A stretch of 62,545 bases of DNA, filler included, from Globobulimina sp. (lineage: Eukaryota), in assembly GCA_003354225.1 (NCBI GenBank). It is 37 parts of 37 records of this genome, joined end to end, with 100 filler letters (N's around TTAATTAATTAA, not from the genome) between each part and the next. Parts side by side here need not be neighbours in the genome. Positions count along the whole stretch, not along the records: positions 22,023 to 23,616 come from PIVH01014385.1; positions 23,717 to 25,310 come from PIVH01014386.1; positions 25,411 to 27,004 come from PIVH01014387.1; positions 27,105 to 28,697 come from PIVH01014388.1; positions 28,798 to 30,390 come from PIVH01014389.1; positions 30,491 to 32,083 come from PIVH01014390.1; positions 32,184 to 33,776 come from PIVH01014391.1; positions 33,877 to 35,469 come from PIVH01014392.1; 29 more parts are not named here. The stretch is one strand, 5' to 3'. Each line of letters begins with the position of its first letter. Positions within the stretch are counted from its first letter, which is position 1. The notes below the pieces were generated by a model. The model searched no databases and was not told the origin of the DNA. It saw only the letters and a list, made by a program, of their open reading frames with translations. Below, in pieces: positions 22,023-35,741 of this stretch. The translations under genes were made by a program, and so were the position numbers.

Positions 22023-23553
22023 TGAAAGATTACTTTATTGATAACGGTGCCGGGATGATGCAGACAGTAACAAATGGATTAAGTGAACATAATACGTATG
22101 CTCCAAGATATAAACCGTCGACATTTAAACTTGCGGTCGCTGCACCAATCAAAAAATGTCAACCGCACACAATAATTGATATACATTCGACATCAGCAAC
22201 AGGTGTGACATTAAAAAATGGATTGGATGATTACCATGAAACATATCGGTTATTTTTTGGGAAAAAATATCAACGCAAAGATACGGTATTTGGTCACATG
22301 GATTGCTTTCATGGCAATTCAAATGTATGTTCAGTTCTCTCTCAATATAATAAATTAATAATTTGCTTCAATATCATATCATGTCAGTTGCAAAACCGAA
22401 TCAGGATCATTTAGATTTCTGCAATATTATGAGTGAGGCAGTGGAGCATGATGGTTGGGATCAGTTATATACAAATATTGAGTCTGTCGGCACACAGTTG
22501 AATTTCAGGTATATTGCATCTCGTTTGTATATGTATTGATATTTGTATGCACTGAAAACACATTAGGACCGTGAAACAAATATTATTTGATAGAGTTACA
22601 TTGGGATACAGATTTTTTGCTATATTAATGAGATTGAATGGATATGATTATGCAGATTCAGGCTCTGATGCGCAAAATGAATTATTTGCTAACTGGTTAG
22701 TTGAGTATGGCGGTAAAACGGATGGAAGTGACATCGTAAAAAAATTAAGAAATGGTACATGGTGGAGATGGAAAAAAAAAATCCAATATAATAAAAAAAG
22801 CAATAGTAAGAAACGAAAATATCGGTTTGATACAGAAACATCTCAGAATCGTGGAATTGGCCATTATATGGCATCATCACCGATGAATAATATGCCATCC
22901 GTTTCATTTAATGGCATGTATGGCACACCTTTAAAGAGAAGAAAATTAAATGTATTGTGTGACAATACAAATAATACAAATAACGCGCATATCAACAACA
23001 CAAATAATGCGCATATCATGCCATTTCCAGCTGGATTTATATCGACAATGCCAACACTGAATGAAAATAATACCACCAACAACAGTGAGGCACCCAATGA
23101 GATGAAATCAAATGTTAATAATGGCATTCCGCCAGTAACCAGTTGTGATTATTCGTTATGGGATGCGGAGAAAACGGGTGAATATATACAAAGATTAGCA
23201 AATATTAACGGTGTGGCCGATCAATGTAATAAACAAAATTTAATTGGGATATTATTACCGCATTTATCAAGTGTTGATTTATTAGGTATGTTATAATAAT
23301 TTTATTTCACACAGTTGCGGATGTAGACAGTTTGTTGTTTTGTATTTACAGGATTTGGTATCGTCGATTTAAGGATTCGGCATAGTATTTTGGAGCAAAT
23401 AAAATCGTTACAAGCAATACCGCCACAACAACAAATATCAAAAACACCTACACCATCAATAACCGCTTGCTATTCAATATCAACCCCAACAAAAAAACCA
23501 AGAAAAACAAGAGGCTTTTCAGCCAAAAAAAAAGCACCAAAAAAAGCGAAGTA
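22023..23553 (+). CDS. Multi-exon protein with SAM-like domain
   Basis: LWDAEKTGEYI...LIGILLPHLSSVDLLG, intron ~23287-23351, then FGIVDLRIRHSILEQI. Confidence 0.6.
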
Positions 23554-23719
23554 GTGGTATGAAGAGAAGCAATTTTATATTGACAATGGAGAGGAAATAC
23601 AAAAATTAAAACAAGTNNNNNNNNNNNNNNNNNNNNNNNNNNNNNNNNNNNNNNNNNNNNTTAATTAATTAANNNNNNNNNNNNNNNNNNNNNNNNNNNN
23701 NNNNNNNNNNNNNNNNAAG

Positions 23720-24595
23720 ATGTGGATATATTGTCCAAACAAAATCTGTAAACATCATTTATCATTTAAATTATCCTCAAAGTGTGTCTTATTGAAATGT
23801 CCAGTCTGTATTAAAACATTCAATCCATTCAAGAATATTGTAATTCAGTGTAAAAAATGCAAAACTAAAAATTCCACACCTTTATACAATCAAATTATAC
23901 AATGCGCCAATGCTAAATGTAAAAATATCATTAATTGTTGGCCTGTTTTTAGGATTGAAAAATATAAAGATCTCGAAAAAAAGAAAAATAATCATACGCC
24001 TCGTATTAATTTAGACAGTGATGAGGATGCTGCAGATGACGAAGATGATGATATTCAAATTGTGGAACGGAATAAAAACAATAATAAAAACAGTGACAAT
24101 TGCGAGGATACAACGAAAATTGAACCAAAAACAGAAACGTTTTTGTTGGTAAAAGAGAGTGAAATCGGAGTGTATACAAATCATAAAAAGAAAAATAAAT
24201 TGTATTCGCAAGAAAAGATTATTAGAATGGAGCATGAAAGGGATGGTTTGGTGGTTATCATAAATAATAATAATCGATTCAAAGCAAAACAAATTGTAAT
24301 CAAAGAACCAAAAGCATATAAATCCGCACATTATAACACATGAATGGTTTTCACCGCATATCATCACTTTTATCTCTTTCTTCTCGAACCGTGCAATCAA
24401 TATTGGATTATTTTATAATAAAATGCAATTATTGATGGAAATGAGCTAATATTGGAAAGACGAAGAAACGCAAAGAAATAAAAATATTTATATTAAAATG
24501 TCCAAAGATGATCAACAAAGATATAAAAAGGAAATGAAAATATGGCAAACTATTTCTTGGATGAATCACAATAATCGTCATCATGATATTCAATA
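23720..24595 (+). pseudogene. Cys-rich zinc-ribbon repeats plus disrupted HMG box
   Basis: CPNKIC, CPVC, CKKC and CANAKC. HMG-like EPKAYKSA and LMEMS*YWK...YIKMSKDDQQRYKKEMKIW with TAA at 24447-24449. Confidence 0.55.
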
Positions 24596-25410
24596 GCAGA
24601 CAAATGCAAAATCATCGCAGTTTGTCATAACTTTTGTTAAATCAACAATATGTATATAATTTAAATTAAATTATCTGTTTTTATAAAGATTACAAAAAAA
24701 CCTCAGGTAACTCTAAACTTTTACTACTTCGCCACACATCGAACCACTATGTCAACAAATGTCGGTTTAAGACTAGTTCGCTAAAAATGCGTTTTTCGTA
24801 AAATCTAGAAACTTACAAATGTAAAAACTATCGTTGTTGTTTTGCAAATGCATACCATTCCGATGCATCCAGCATCAAAACAGTAGAAGTTATTTCGGGA
24901 TATGTTTCTCGTAATTTTTCAATGAAATTAGACTGGAATCCACAACAAACAATTGCTCCATTTCCAAAAGCACGCACATAACTTTTAATTTGGTGACCCA
25001 ATGATCGGAATGTTATACACTCCTTACTCGTTACTTTAATATATATATGGCAATGTTCTCACAATAACAAGTTTATAATCATTACTTATAAGGATTATAA
25101 GCTCAGATTGTGAGAACATTACCATAATAATGTTTCATATCCATCCAATATATATCGACACCATTAACATTCACCGATGAACTGAATAATACATCGGGTG
25201 TAACCTCTGAACATCCTGATTTTCCAACATCTCTTTCATTCATCATTTTAGCATCATTCCTCTCACCAAACACTGTATTCATTGCATTCAAAACAAAACG
25301 CTCAAACTCCNNNNNNNNNNNNNNNNNNNNNNNNNNNNNNNNNNNNNNNNNNNNTTAATTAATTAANNNNNNNNNNNNNNNNNNNNNNNNNNNNNNNNNN
25401 NNNNNNNNNN

Positions 25411-27004
25411 CAGTGAGTCTATGCTTATTTCGATACGACACACATTTAGCGTCAATACATAATGATATAGATTTTACTGACGCAAAAAACGTTATGTCTT
25501 CATCATTAGGTACTGTATGGATTGGATTAAGGTATGATTTCACGACAGGCTGGGCATGGACAGATGATACAGACTGGGATTATGGCATAGATATCGACGG
25601 AGATGACGGGAATGGGCCATGGAAAAATGGTGAACCGAATGACATTAATGATGATTGTGTTCGTATATATAATGCATCTAATTATGAATGGAGCGACACG
25701 CACTGTGATGATAAATATTTCCCATTGTGTGCTTATCCTAAACCCTTGAAATTGAAAACTGATTATGTTCGAGCACCGACTGCAGTTTCTCGTATTGGTG
25801 TTATTGATATATTGGACGACATTTACATTGAATTTGATATAATATTTAAATCATTTCCACCAAATGGGTCAGGATCGATATTATATTTTGGAAATAACGA
25901 TGATGAACAATACCCAGCGATTATTATTGATACTGCCACGAATTCAGTATGTAATAATATATTCCTTTATATTTCTTATATCATTGTACATATTATTAAT
26001 AAACAACAGCTTGAGACCATAGTATCTAAAATACCAACCCACAATTTTAATTTTGCAAATATTGCATTAAACTCATCATATCATTATACCTTTCATTTAA
26101 CACAAAATTATTTACAAATAACATTGAATTCTGATCATGATTCAGTTCCTATCATTCGTTATAACCAAACTGTGAGTTCACATTCTATTTTAATGCAACG
26201 TGATATATACATAAATAATCCATGGAATTCCAATTTAGATCAAGTATTTGAAAGAGAAATAACAAATTTGTCTGTTTCAACATCAAATCAATATAACACA
26301 GATGCTTCCAATGAATTTAATTATATTTGTGATGAAAGTCGTTGGGAGATCCTTTCGCCAATATATTGGGATTTTGATAAAACTGACACAGACTGTACTC
26401 TCAGTCAAACTGATTCATCCTATGGTTATTATCCGGCATGGATAGGTGGTTCGGATGCAAGCTCTAAAGACTGGACAGATTATAAGGTAGAAACTAAATT
26501 TATAATCAATAATGTCAAACAAAATAATGATCCACAGATTGGATTATGGTTACGGCCACATGAGAGCCAGGGTATTTTGCATGGATATTGGATATATACC
26601 CTGGACTATACTCAAGATATTGAACATACGTTGCGAGTTGAAGTGAAGGATAATGTATTTGATATTTATTGGAATAATGGTTATAATTATACTAATGGTT
26701 CCGTTGGGTTAGCTACAAAATGGGCTGCAGTCACATTCACATCACTAAGAGTTACATTTGAAGCGAATGGAGAATTATTTACTGCGGCACCAACAACGGA
26801 TCCAACAAATAATCCCACTCTATTTCCAACAAATCCTACAGTCATTCCGACTAATTATCCATCCGATATTCCAACTAATAATCCAATCACAAGTCCGCCA
26901 ACAACAAGTCCGCCAACAACAAGTCCGCCAACATATAATCCAACATCACCACCAACAAATGCAGAATCCACATCAGTGACATTATCCCAATCACCATCAC
27001 AAGC
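25411..27004 (+). CDS. C-type lectin plus beta-sandwich domains and Pro/Thr stalk (partial)
   Basis: HLASIHN, WIGL, EPND, WSDTHC and PT/SPPT repeats. Paralogue of 4363-4982 (IGVIDILD.IYI.F). Confidence 0.88.
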
Positions 27005-27271
27005 NNNNNNNNNNNNNNNNNNNNNNNNNNNNNNNNNNNNNNNNNNNNTTAATTAATTAANNNNNNNNNNNNNNNNNNNNNNNNNNNNNNNNNNNNNNNN
27101 NNNNTAAATTGTTAAGAAAAAAAAAAAGAACGAAAGAAATTAGCAACGGAAAGAAATAAAATGATAGAAAATCACAACAAAATTCATCACTTTAATTAAA
27201 ATAATATGTGTTTGCAATGATTAAATTAAAATATTTAGATAATTTATGTAATTATTTGTCTGTGTATTTTT

Positions 27272-28295
27272 TTGTTGCACCTCAATGACATCTCTAGTGA
27301 GTTGGTTTGCTTCAATCAAAGAATGGATGTTTTAATTTCTAAATCCAATCAAGTAATTAATAAAAAGAAACAAATCATATCAGCTCATGTGTATACATTG
27401 AAAATGTACAACAAATCTTTAACCGCAGCAAATGTCGAAGCTGATGCATTGTTAAATGATCCAAACAAAAATTATTAATATATCTGAAGGCGTGTTGCAG
27501 CAAAATATGAGAGACTTAGAGGTTACTATTAAAGTGACAGTGGATATGGATACAAATAAAGCAATTCAGTTTGTGAATGGGATTGGTAATGTTAATAGTT
27601 CTCATTTTGTAGTGAGACCAATTATTTGTGTTAAAAATATTAAATCAACAACAGCGACAGTTTAGTTATTTGTTGTTGATATATATGACAGTTATTTATA
27701 TATTGAGTTATGTGGTTATATATAGATTGTGTTTACTAATATGAAGAAGAAAGAATATGAATGTACAGTGGAAATATGTGGTGATTATAAAAGGGATATA
27801 AATGGGAATGAGGATGAAATTAAAAGAAAATGGATGATGTCTGGAAACAAGTTTGTTGCATAAAGAATAAAAATGAGTATGATGTTACAGGTTTGGAAGG
27901 TGATATTTGTTATGGAATACGTGCAAAATATAAGAATCAATATGGAGTTGGTAAGGTTTGTAATGCCGTCACATTTAAAACAAGTACGTTTAGAATTTAT
28001 GTTTATTTTTGAATTTATATAATCTTTTTGGTATTACACAGAGAATATACAGATAAATCTTGCTCAGTCATCAATATTAACAGAAGCAGAGACATCTGTT
28101 TTAATATCGTTGTTAGCAAAATCAGGTAAACAAGTGAGGAAAGGATGGAGTTTATTGTATAGAGGGAGCAGAGATGGCTTTTCATCACAAATATTTCATA
28201 ATAAATGTGATGACAAAATGAAAACATTGAGTATAATATGCAGTGATAGTAATAATGTATTTGGTGGATATGCGTCTGTTGCATGGGAAACAAAT
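27272..28295 (+). pseudogene. Fragmented coiled-coil, FN3 and TLDc gene
   Basis: FN3-like YDVTGLEGDICYGIRAKYKNQYGVG and TLDc WSLLYRGSRDGF..FHNKCD..NVFGGY. Frameshifted and abruptly truncated. Confidence 0.65.
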
Positions 28296-28307
28296 ACGTT
28301 TCAAAAT

Positions 28308-28697
28308 TCAATTTGTTTTGTCGACATAGACAGTTTGAATGCCATTCTTATCATCAACTACTTTTGCGGCAAAATCATCATTGCAATATGTTTTATCACT
28401 CCTTGCAATAATAACTTCACACTCATCCACAAATGGCGAGATCCACGAAACATCGCAACAAATAATTTTGTCATTACTCCGAAATGTTTTATCAAACTGA
28501 ATCAACATTCCTTCGCCATTCACAAATCGCATAGCAATATGTTTCATCCATGACGCACTCACATAACTCACAAAATATCCTTTCTTAATTGCTTTGCTAT
28601 CCAATTTAACATTGCTTTGTCCGGAATATAATTTATAATCACCGCTCTCACGAAGACTTAAATTAAATATTGCAAAATATAAACAATAATCAAACCA
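28308..28697 (-). CDS. ADP-ribosyltransferase-like domain, C-terminal fragment
   Basis: YVSASWMKHIAMRF...DVSWISPFVDECEVII (S-x-S and E-x-E of the R-S-E ART clade). Confidence 0.55.
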   Translation of the reverse strand, partial: WFDYCLYFAIFNLSLRESGDYKLYSGQSNVKLDSKAIKKGYFVSYVSASWMKHIAMRFVNGEGMLIQFDKTFRSNDKIICCDVSWISPFVDECEVIIARSDKTYCNDDFAAKVVDDKNGIQTVYVDKTN

Positions 28698-28976
28698 NNN
28701 NNNNNNNNNNNNNNNNNNNNNNNNNNNNNNNNNNNNNNNNNTTAATTAATTAANNNNNNNNNNNNNNNNNNNNNNNNNNNNNNNNNNNNNNNNNNNNTTT
28801 CATAAATGATCGTAACTATAGATATTAGAGATTAAAAATCTATGTTTATTGCACTGAACTAACACATTTAAACACTTAAATAAAACTGAATACATAGGAT
28901 TTCCCCAAATTAACTTATAAAAAACCCCTCGCCACAAAAAGATACAAAAAATCACTTTTTTCCTCCACGACCGTCT

Positions 28977-30122
28977 TTATGTAAGGTTGAAATAAAACAT
29001 ATAATCCGCGGCAGTTAATTTTCTTTTTTTCTTTTTTAAATCATTTCTTTCAAAAACCTTTTCAGCCCAACCACGGCCACCTTGAAAATTATCCAAATTT
29101 GCCTTTTCAAATTCAGTCAAAGGCAACTCAGCCAACGCATCTTTATCATTTAATAGTTTCTCAGTCTCATTTAAAAACCAATTGACAGAGACAGAGCGAT
29201 CCCGATTCTTGTCAGCTCTCTCTTGTCTTTTCTCCAACATTTTAGCTTCAATCGATGGGAAACGTTTTTTCCATTTATACAATGTGTTTACTTTGACATT
29301 TTTTAATATCCCGGCAAATGCCTCTTGCTTCATAACATCCCGCGGCTTTACATATTTATGTTCATGCATCCAACAGATCACTTTATATTTATCGTTATTT
29401 GCGATATCACATCGGCTGACATCGGTCGAATCTCACTTTCTTTTTAGGTGTTTTTGTATTGTTTGCTGGGGACCGCGTAAGAAAGGTAGTGTTCCAACAC
29501 CTTTTTCTTTTAACTGATTCACGTACAGGCGATTGATTTACTATTTGTGGCGGATTTATTTGTGGCGGATCTATTTGTAACGGTGCCGGTGGTGGTTGTT
29601 GTAAAATATTTGAATCATTATGAGATAAATCTGATTGCAAAATATCGGATTGTAAAATATCGGATTGTAAAATATCTGGTAAAATATCATTATTTAAATC
29701 TGGTAAAATATCTGATTGTACATTTGATAAATTTGGTACAATATTTGATAAATCTGGTAATTGTACACGACTAAAATCAAATTGACTAAAATCATATGGA
29801 TGGGGCGGAGGTGGAGGACGAGGGGGGGTTGGATTGGGAGGCGGTGTAGGAGTGCGTTGTTGTGGAGATTCATTAACGACATTGAATCCTGGGATAGGTG
29901 CAAAGACAATGGATATTCGAGACCATTTTTGGAAGAAACGACTGAAGCTTGCCATTTAAGAAACGATTGAAGCCGGAAAATCTCTTAAGCGAATTATGAA
30001 ATTATGAATACAGCTGTGGACAATACAAGAAGTGGACAATATCAGATGCAAGATTTGAGTTTTTGAAATGTGTTATTTATTTGACAATATAAGAAGTGTA
30101 CAATATAAGATAACCCACTGTA
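28977..30122 (-). mobile_element. pogo/Tigger-like transposon left end with frameshifted ORF (Pro-rich plus CENP-B HTH)
   Basis: Minus strand TA|CAGTGGGTTATCTTATATTGTACACTTCTTATATTGTC at 30122-30083. CENP-B-like FQGGRGWAEKVFERNDL in 28977-29381. Confidence 0.68.
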
Positions 30123-30497
30123 TTCAATTTGTTTTACTTTCTCGTCAATAAACGTGTTTCCGAAAACACAAATTGAATAATATACTAGAAATCTGAGAAA
30201 CGTTTTTCAGAAACATTTTGAGAAACCACGTGTGAGAAACGTTTTTATAACATTTTCAGAAACGTTTTCATAGTGACTAAGAATTTTTTTTACTTTTCAC
30301 TAAGAACGTTTTTGACTATTTACTAAGAATTTTGTACATGAATTTCAGAAACGAATTTTGTACATGAATTTTGAAATTTTTCAAGGAAATNNNNNNNNNN
30401 NNNNNNNNNNNNNNNNNNNNNNNNNNNNNNNNNNTTAATTAATTAANNNNNNNNNNNNNNNNNNNNNNNNNNNNNNNNNNNNNNNNNNNNTACTAAA

Positions 30498-32083
30498 CTA
30501 GTCCGCAGATAAAAATATTTCCCTTAACTCTGTGGATTCAATCATGACATCTAAATAATTATCGATTTTGTTGAAATAAAAAGCATTTAATTTCCATATC
30601 GCTTTAGGTCCAACCAATGATTGGGCGCGCAAAAAGTTTAACAATTGATAGATTTTGTGGCATTGTTGGATTAATTCATGTTCATCTTGGAAGCCAGCTA
30701 AATTTTTACAGTTTTCATGCTTAACCAATGTGATTAATTTATAACAGGTTTCGTACTTAAATGTCACCACAGATAATAATAATGCTTTGTCTCTTTCCTG
30801 TAACAAATTGTCAATGTCTCTGTTAGTGATTGTATCGAGTTCCTCGCGGTATCCATGTCGGCATCGTAGCAATAATTGAATCTTTTCCTTGTCCATATTA
30901 CATAATTCTACTCCATTTATGCGCCATTCCTACAATAAACAAACAAATATATATATATTATATATGTATACAACTCATATTATTGATGTAGGATACCCAG
31001 AATATGGAAGCAAACGGTTTCAAAGAGTCAATCCTAGCAATCCACCATACGACGTGTGTCCATTCCCATTTAGGCATTGCCAAATTATTCATAGCCACCT
31101 CCATTTTCAAAGCATTCACATCTTTCTTTGCATAGCTTTTTAAAGCTTTATCTAAAGTTTCAATGCCAGCAAAATCTTGAACCTCTTGGAACGAATCGCA
31201 GCTTTCACGATCTTCTATGTCTCGGTTTAAAAGCCACGCTTTCATTCCTTTTTCGTCATTAATATCATTCAAAGACCCCGCCATAGCAAAATTAGCTTGG
31301 AATTTGGTGTTTGAGTGAGGCACCGGCGACCATGTCATAGTTTTAGTGCGCTGTTCTTCCGTCCCAATATCCTTTAAACTTTGTTTGATTTCACGATACG
31401 TTTTTTTTATTTCATCAATCTGTACAATGCAACATTTCGGGGCGGAAAACGCCCGCAAATTATTTCAAGAACACAATCTATCAAAGTGCAAGGATAGAAT
31501 TTCGGATTGTAAATTTTTCTAAAAAAAATGCGGTGATATACCTTGTTTATTGCGTCCATGGCGATGTTGAGCACAGTTTTATTATATTTCACTGCATTTG
31601 AGGTAGCATCGTTTGCTGTAAGCCATGATTCCCATTGTGGCCATTTAGCGTTATACATATTGTCATAGTGTGGATGTAATGCATTTAAATTTTCTTCCTG
31701 TTGTGATAATTCTGTGTCGTTTGGGGGGAGATAATTTTGTGTTTTTTGGGAATGAAATACATCACATCTCTCACCAAAAAGCGCTTTGTTTTCACAAAAA
31801 TCACTTTGTTGATGCAATAAAAATGCTAAAGAGGCCGATATTTGTTGGACAACGTTATGGAGCAAACTCAAATTTTGGTTTCCAGTGTGGCTCACTAATG
31901 CTGGTAAACTTTGTATTTCTTCAATTTCTTGTTTTTCTTCATGTTGTTCAGGAGGTACCGCAGATTGTTTATGATCTTCAGTTGATTTATTTCCAGGTAC
32001 GTCTGTTGTCGCATTATATGCAGGTTGAGGTTGTGGCGTTTCTTCGTTATCATCAAACACATCCGTAATATCAGTGTTTGTCG
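30498..32083 (-). CDS. Hypothetical protein with SAM-like domain (intron plus frameshift)
   Basis: WEWTHVVWWI...FASIFW|EWRINGVELCNMDKE across an intron. Frame change near 31407-31458. Confidence 0.5.
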
Positions 32084-32183
32084 NNNNNNNNNNNNNNNNN
32101 NNNNNNNNNNNNNNNNNNNNNNNNNNNTTAATTAATTAANNNNNNNNNNNNNNNNNNNNNNNNNNNNNNNNNNNNNNNNNNNN

Positions 32184-33776
32184 AAGAATAAATTTTGCTT
32201 TCCATAGTTTTGAGTGAAATTTAAATTCTAAATCAGTATTCCATGCATTACAAAGCCAACTTTGTCCGCCTTGAATATGTTTACAGCGAATTCTTATTTC
32301 TTCAAATTTTTTACAATTTGGCTTATTAAGTTCATTCAATACATGCAATAAATCTGTTTTATATTCATTTGTAGTCGCATTAATTGCTATTTTTGTACAG
32401 TTTTTAAACAAACCACCAATGCAATTAAATAATACCAAATTTGAAATATTTTCATCAATTATTAATTTTTGTAATTTTTTATAATAATGATTCATTAAAA
32501 TCAAATCAATTATAATTATTTCTTTATTCACACACAAAAAATGAAACATTTCTTGTAAATATTTCTTACTTTCATCCAGATTATTTTCTACTGTCTGTGA
32601 TGTTATTTCTTTTATAATCAATGAATTTAAAAACCTATAATGATATTTTGTAATTGTTTGTGCCTCAATTGATGATATTTTCGTTGCAGTTAACATCAAA
32701 TCAAAATAATGAAAGGCAGCAAAATAATTTGCAAAATTTGTATTATTTTTTAATATTCGTATTGTACACAATTTTAATTTCCATTTTGTTGCTTGAAAAA
32801 GTATCTCATTTTCTCCACTAAAATTACTTACAAATTTACATTCAAATCCTTTGATATTACATTGATTATTATTATTCCCACTTAATTCCAATATAATTCC
32901 ATCCCCCATATCTTGAATAAATCTTACTGCGATTTCTATGTGTTTACTAATTGATGTTGGTGCTCTAAATCGAATGTGTAATGATGATGCAACAATATAC
33001 TTACAACCAATATAAAATTTATCCGATTTATTAATAATGTTTCCGTACAAATGTACAGTTTCTCTCAGGACTTTACACCAATTCCTAAACTCTCGATGTC
33101 TATTTTTGATGGAAAACATCATTTCATTGGATCGAAGAGCTGAAAACGTTTTATTTAATTCTAACGATAATCTTTCATAATCAACATATAATATGACTGA
33201 CAAAATATTTTCAAACTTAATATTTGAATTTTTCTCAATTTTAAAATGATTATCACCAATAAAATCGGCTTTTAATGCTTTACAATATTTTGTATTTATC
33301 ATTTTATTTGTTTTTTCAATTACAATTTCATATTCATTTTTATTCAATGTACAAATTGTGTTATTCATTATTTCCTCTTTAATGTCTCTGTATTTCCCCT
33401 CAACATATTCCGATTTATTTTTATAATACTTCCAATAATAATATTTTACTCCGCAATCAAAATCTCTCTGTGCTTCCATCATTTTCTTTGCAGGATTTAA
33501 TGATAAACGCTTTGTTTTGTGCGTGGGTTTACCAATTTGTATATTATATTTATGTGTATTTAATCTATTAAATTCATGTACATTTTTTAATATTTTTCTT
33601 TGTGATAAAATATTTTCTTTTAACACAGCAAATGGAATATCGATGCAATAATCATCTTCAATATTCATTGCTGTGTTTGATGTTTTGTTAATATTTTTTA
33701 TTCGATCGCGATATCCGTAATCATAAATATGTAATAAATAACAATGGATTGAATTCAACACATTTATCCAAAAACA
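32184..33776 (-). CDS. Large protein with ART-like central domain (partial)
   Basis: Contig-spanning ORF with FYIG, PTSISKHIEIAVRF, GIILEL and SNFSGENEILF. Confidence 0.6.
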
Positions 33777-33878
33777 NNNNNNNNNNNNNNNNNNNNNNNN
33801 NNNNNNNNNNNNNNNNNNNNTTAATTAATTAANNNNNNNNNNNNNNNNNNNNNNNNNNNNNNNNNNNNNNNNNNNNTC

Positions 33879-35469
33879 GGCGGCGGACATCACACAAAAA
33901 ACAAACGTTGCCCGCACGACAAAAAAGATGGTGGATGTATTGACCATTTATATAATGACTTTTGTGGACGCGGATGGCATAAAAATGGATTTAGCGGTCA
34001 GTTTAAAGACAGACCAAACCCTTTGAAGAATAATAAAAGACGAAAAATTGAGCGGAATAATAACAAAAGAGCATGGAATGAAATGTATAATGGATGGAAT
34101 AACCAAGAGAGGCAACCGCAATATCAACAGCCTCAGTTTTCAGCGCCGCCACCAAGAAATAATCAAAGGCAATAGACAAATTATTTGATTTTACACAAAG
34201 TGTTTTTGGATGTATTGGCACATAAAATAATACCCAACAAACACTGCTTGCAATATATAACAAACACAATATTGATTATTGGAAATCTTGTCCATAATCC
34301 AATGGTGAATTAGTTGTTTGTATATATTTTTTCTTATTTTGTTACACAGTCTAAGAGTTTTTTTGTTTTTTTATGTCGACCCGGGGGGTTATTTTATTTT
34401 GCGTTATTTTTGTGTTATTTGAATATATCGACATTTATTATATAATCTGAATACATAGCCTCGAATGTATAAATGCAAGGATATAGCAGTCAGAAACAAC
34501 GAGAAAATCAAAGGTTTTTACAAAACCTGGAAAACGGCAAAAGTACCCGCTACACCGCCAAAATGGGAACTTCCTTCTGAGATTTTTATGGCAGCGTTAG
34601 AAGAATTGCCCGATGGTAAAACGGGAAATATAGGTCATCCGGACATGGAATTGAGAGAAACGATGAGGGATTTATTGGAAAATGGGGCTAAAGTCACATC
34701 CAATACAGATATAAAATTGGATAGAAATGATAAAGAAGAGTATCCATTGACAATGGAGCAACATATCCAACGTTGCGAAACTATACAGAAACGAATTAAA
34801 GATAAAGCAATATGGGGCCCGCTACATGAAAATGAGATGCCGGAAGGATACGAGGATTACCTTATAAATCCTGTATTCTTTAAAGATGAGACTCCTTTGG
34901 GGGGAATAAAGAAAGAAAGAATGATAATTGACTGCACAAAGGCAGATAAAGAGGGTTTCGCTCCCAATGAAAATATATTTGAATGGGAAAAAACTTGTGA
35001 ATATATTACAATATTAATGATAATCCGAATGATAGTAAATTGCGGCATAAAATGGATGGTAGCCGCAGACGCACAGAACGCATTTAATCGGGTCCCAATA
35101 AATAATAAATTTATACGATGGTTCGGGATGAAGATCGGAGTTTGGATTTTTCTATGGACCGCACTTGTTTTTGGCGGTGGTTCAAGTTGCAATATCTATG
35201 CGTTATTTGCATCAACAGTCGCATGGATAATTGCAAATAGCTATCAACATTTATTCTATATGGACAAAGTTTGCGTACTGCGCAACTATTTGGATGACTT
35301 CTTTGCCGGCCACAAAAGTGAGAAAGTGTGCTGGCAACAATATTATGCAATAAAATTGATGTTTAAAGCGTTAGGAATCCCAACGCAAGAAAGAAAAATG
35401 ATATCCCCGACACAGATTTTAATATGGATTGGATTTATAATTAATTTAATCACTCAAACTCTGTCAATA
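33879..35469 (+). mobile_element. DIRS-like retrotransposon fragment (gag-like 3' end 33879-34175; RT 34465 to contig end)
   Basis: RT motifs KERMIIDCT, ADAQNAFNRVPI, LVFGGGSS, NYLDDFF, LGIP and PTQILIWIGFIIN. No protease upstream of RT. Confidence 0.8.
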
Positions 35470-35578
35470 NNNNNNNNNNNNNNNNNNNNNNNNNNNNNNN
35501 NNNNNNNNNNNNNTTAATTAATTAANNNNNNNNNNNNNNNNNNNNNNNNNNNNNNNNNNNNNNNNNNNNGAGGCGATT

Positions 35579-35740
35579 TTTAGATTGCTTTGAATCGGTT
35601 TCATATGAATTTAATACTTAATTGGGTTAAATTCATTATCTAAAAACCGATTTAAAGTTGGCAATCTAAAGCGTAAGTGCCATGTAATTGAACCTTTTTG
35701 AGTTAGGTCACAGAAAATACTTAGTTAGCACTAGTCTAAT
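35579..35740 (+). repeat. Palindromic element containing dispersed repeat copy 2
   Basis: Imperfect hairpin 35579-35670; 35642-35740 matches 18886-18984. Confidence 0.85.
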
Positions 35741-35741
35741 C

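Noticed and set aside
28110-28604. Antisense-overlapping TLDc and ART genes
   Set aside because: TLDc similarity stops at ~28295 and the rest of the plus ORF is the antisense shadow of the other gene; probably a chimera or rearrangement.
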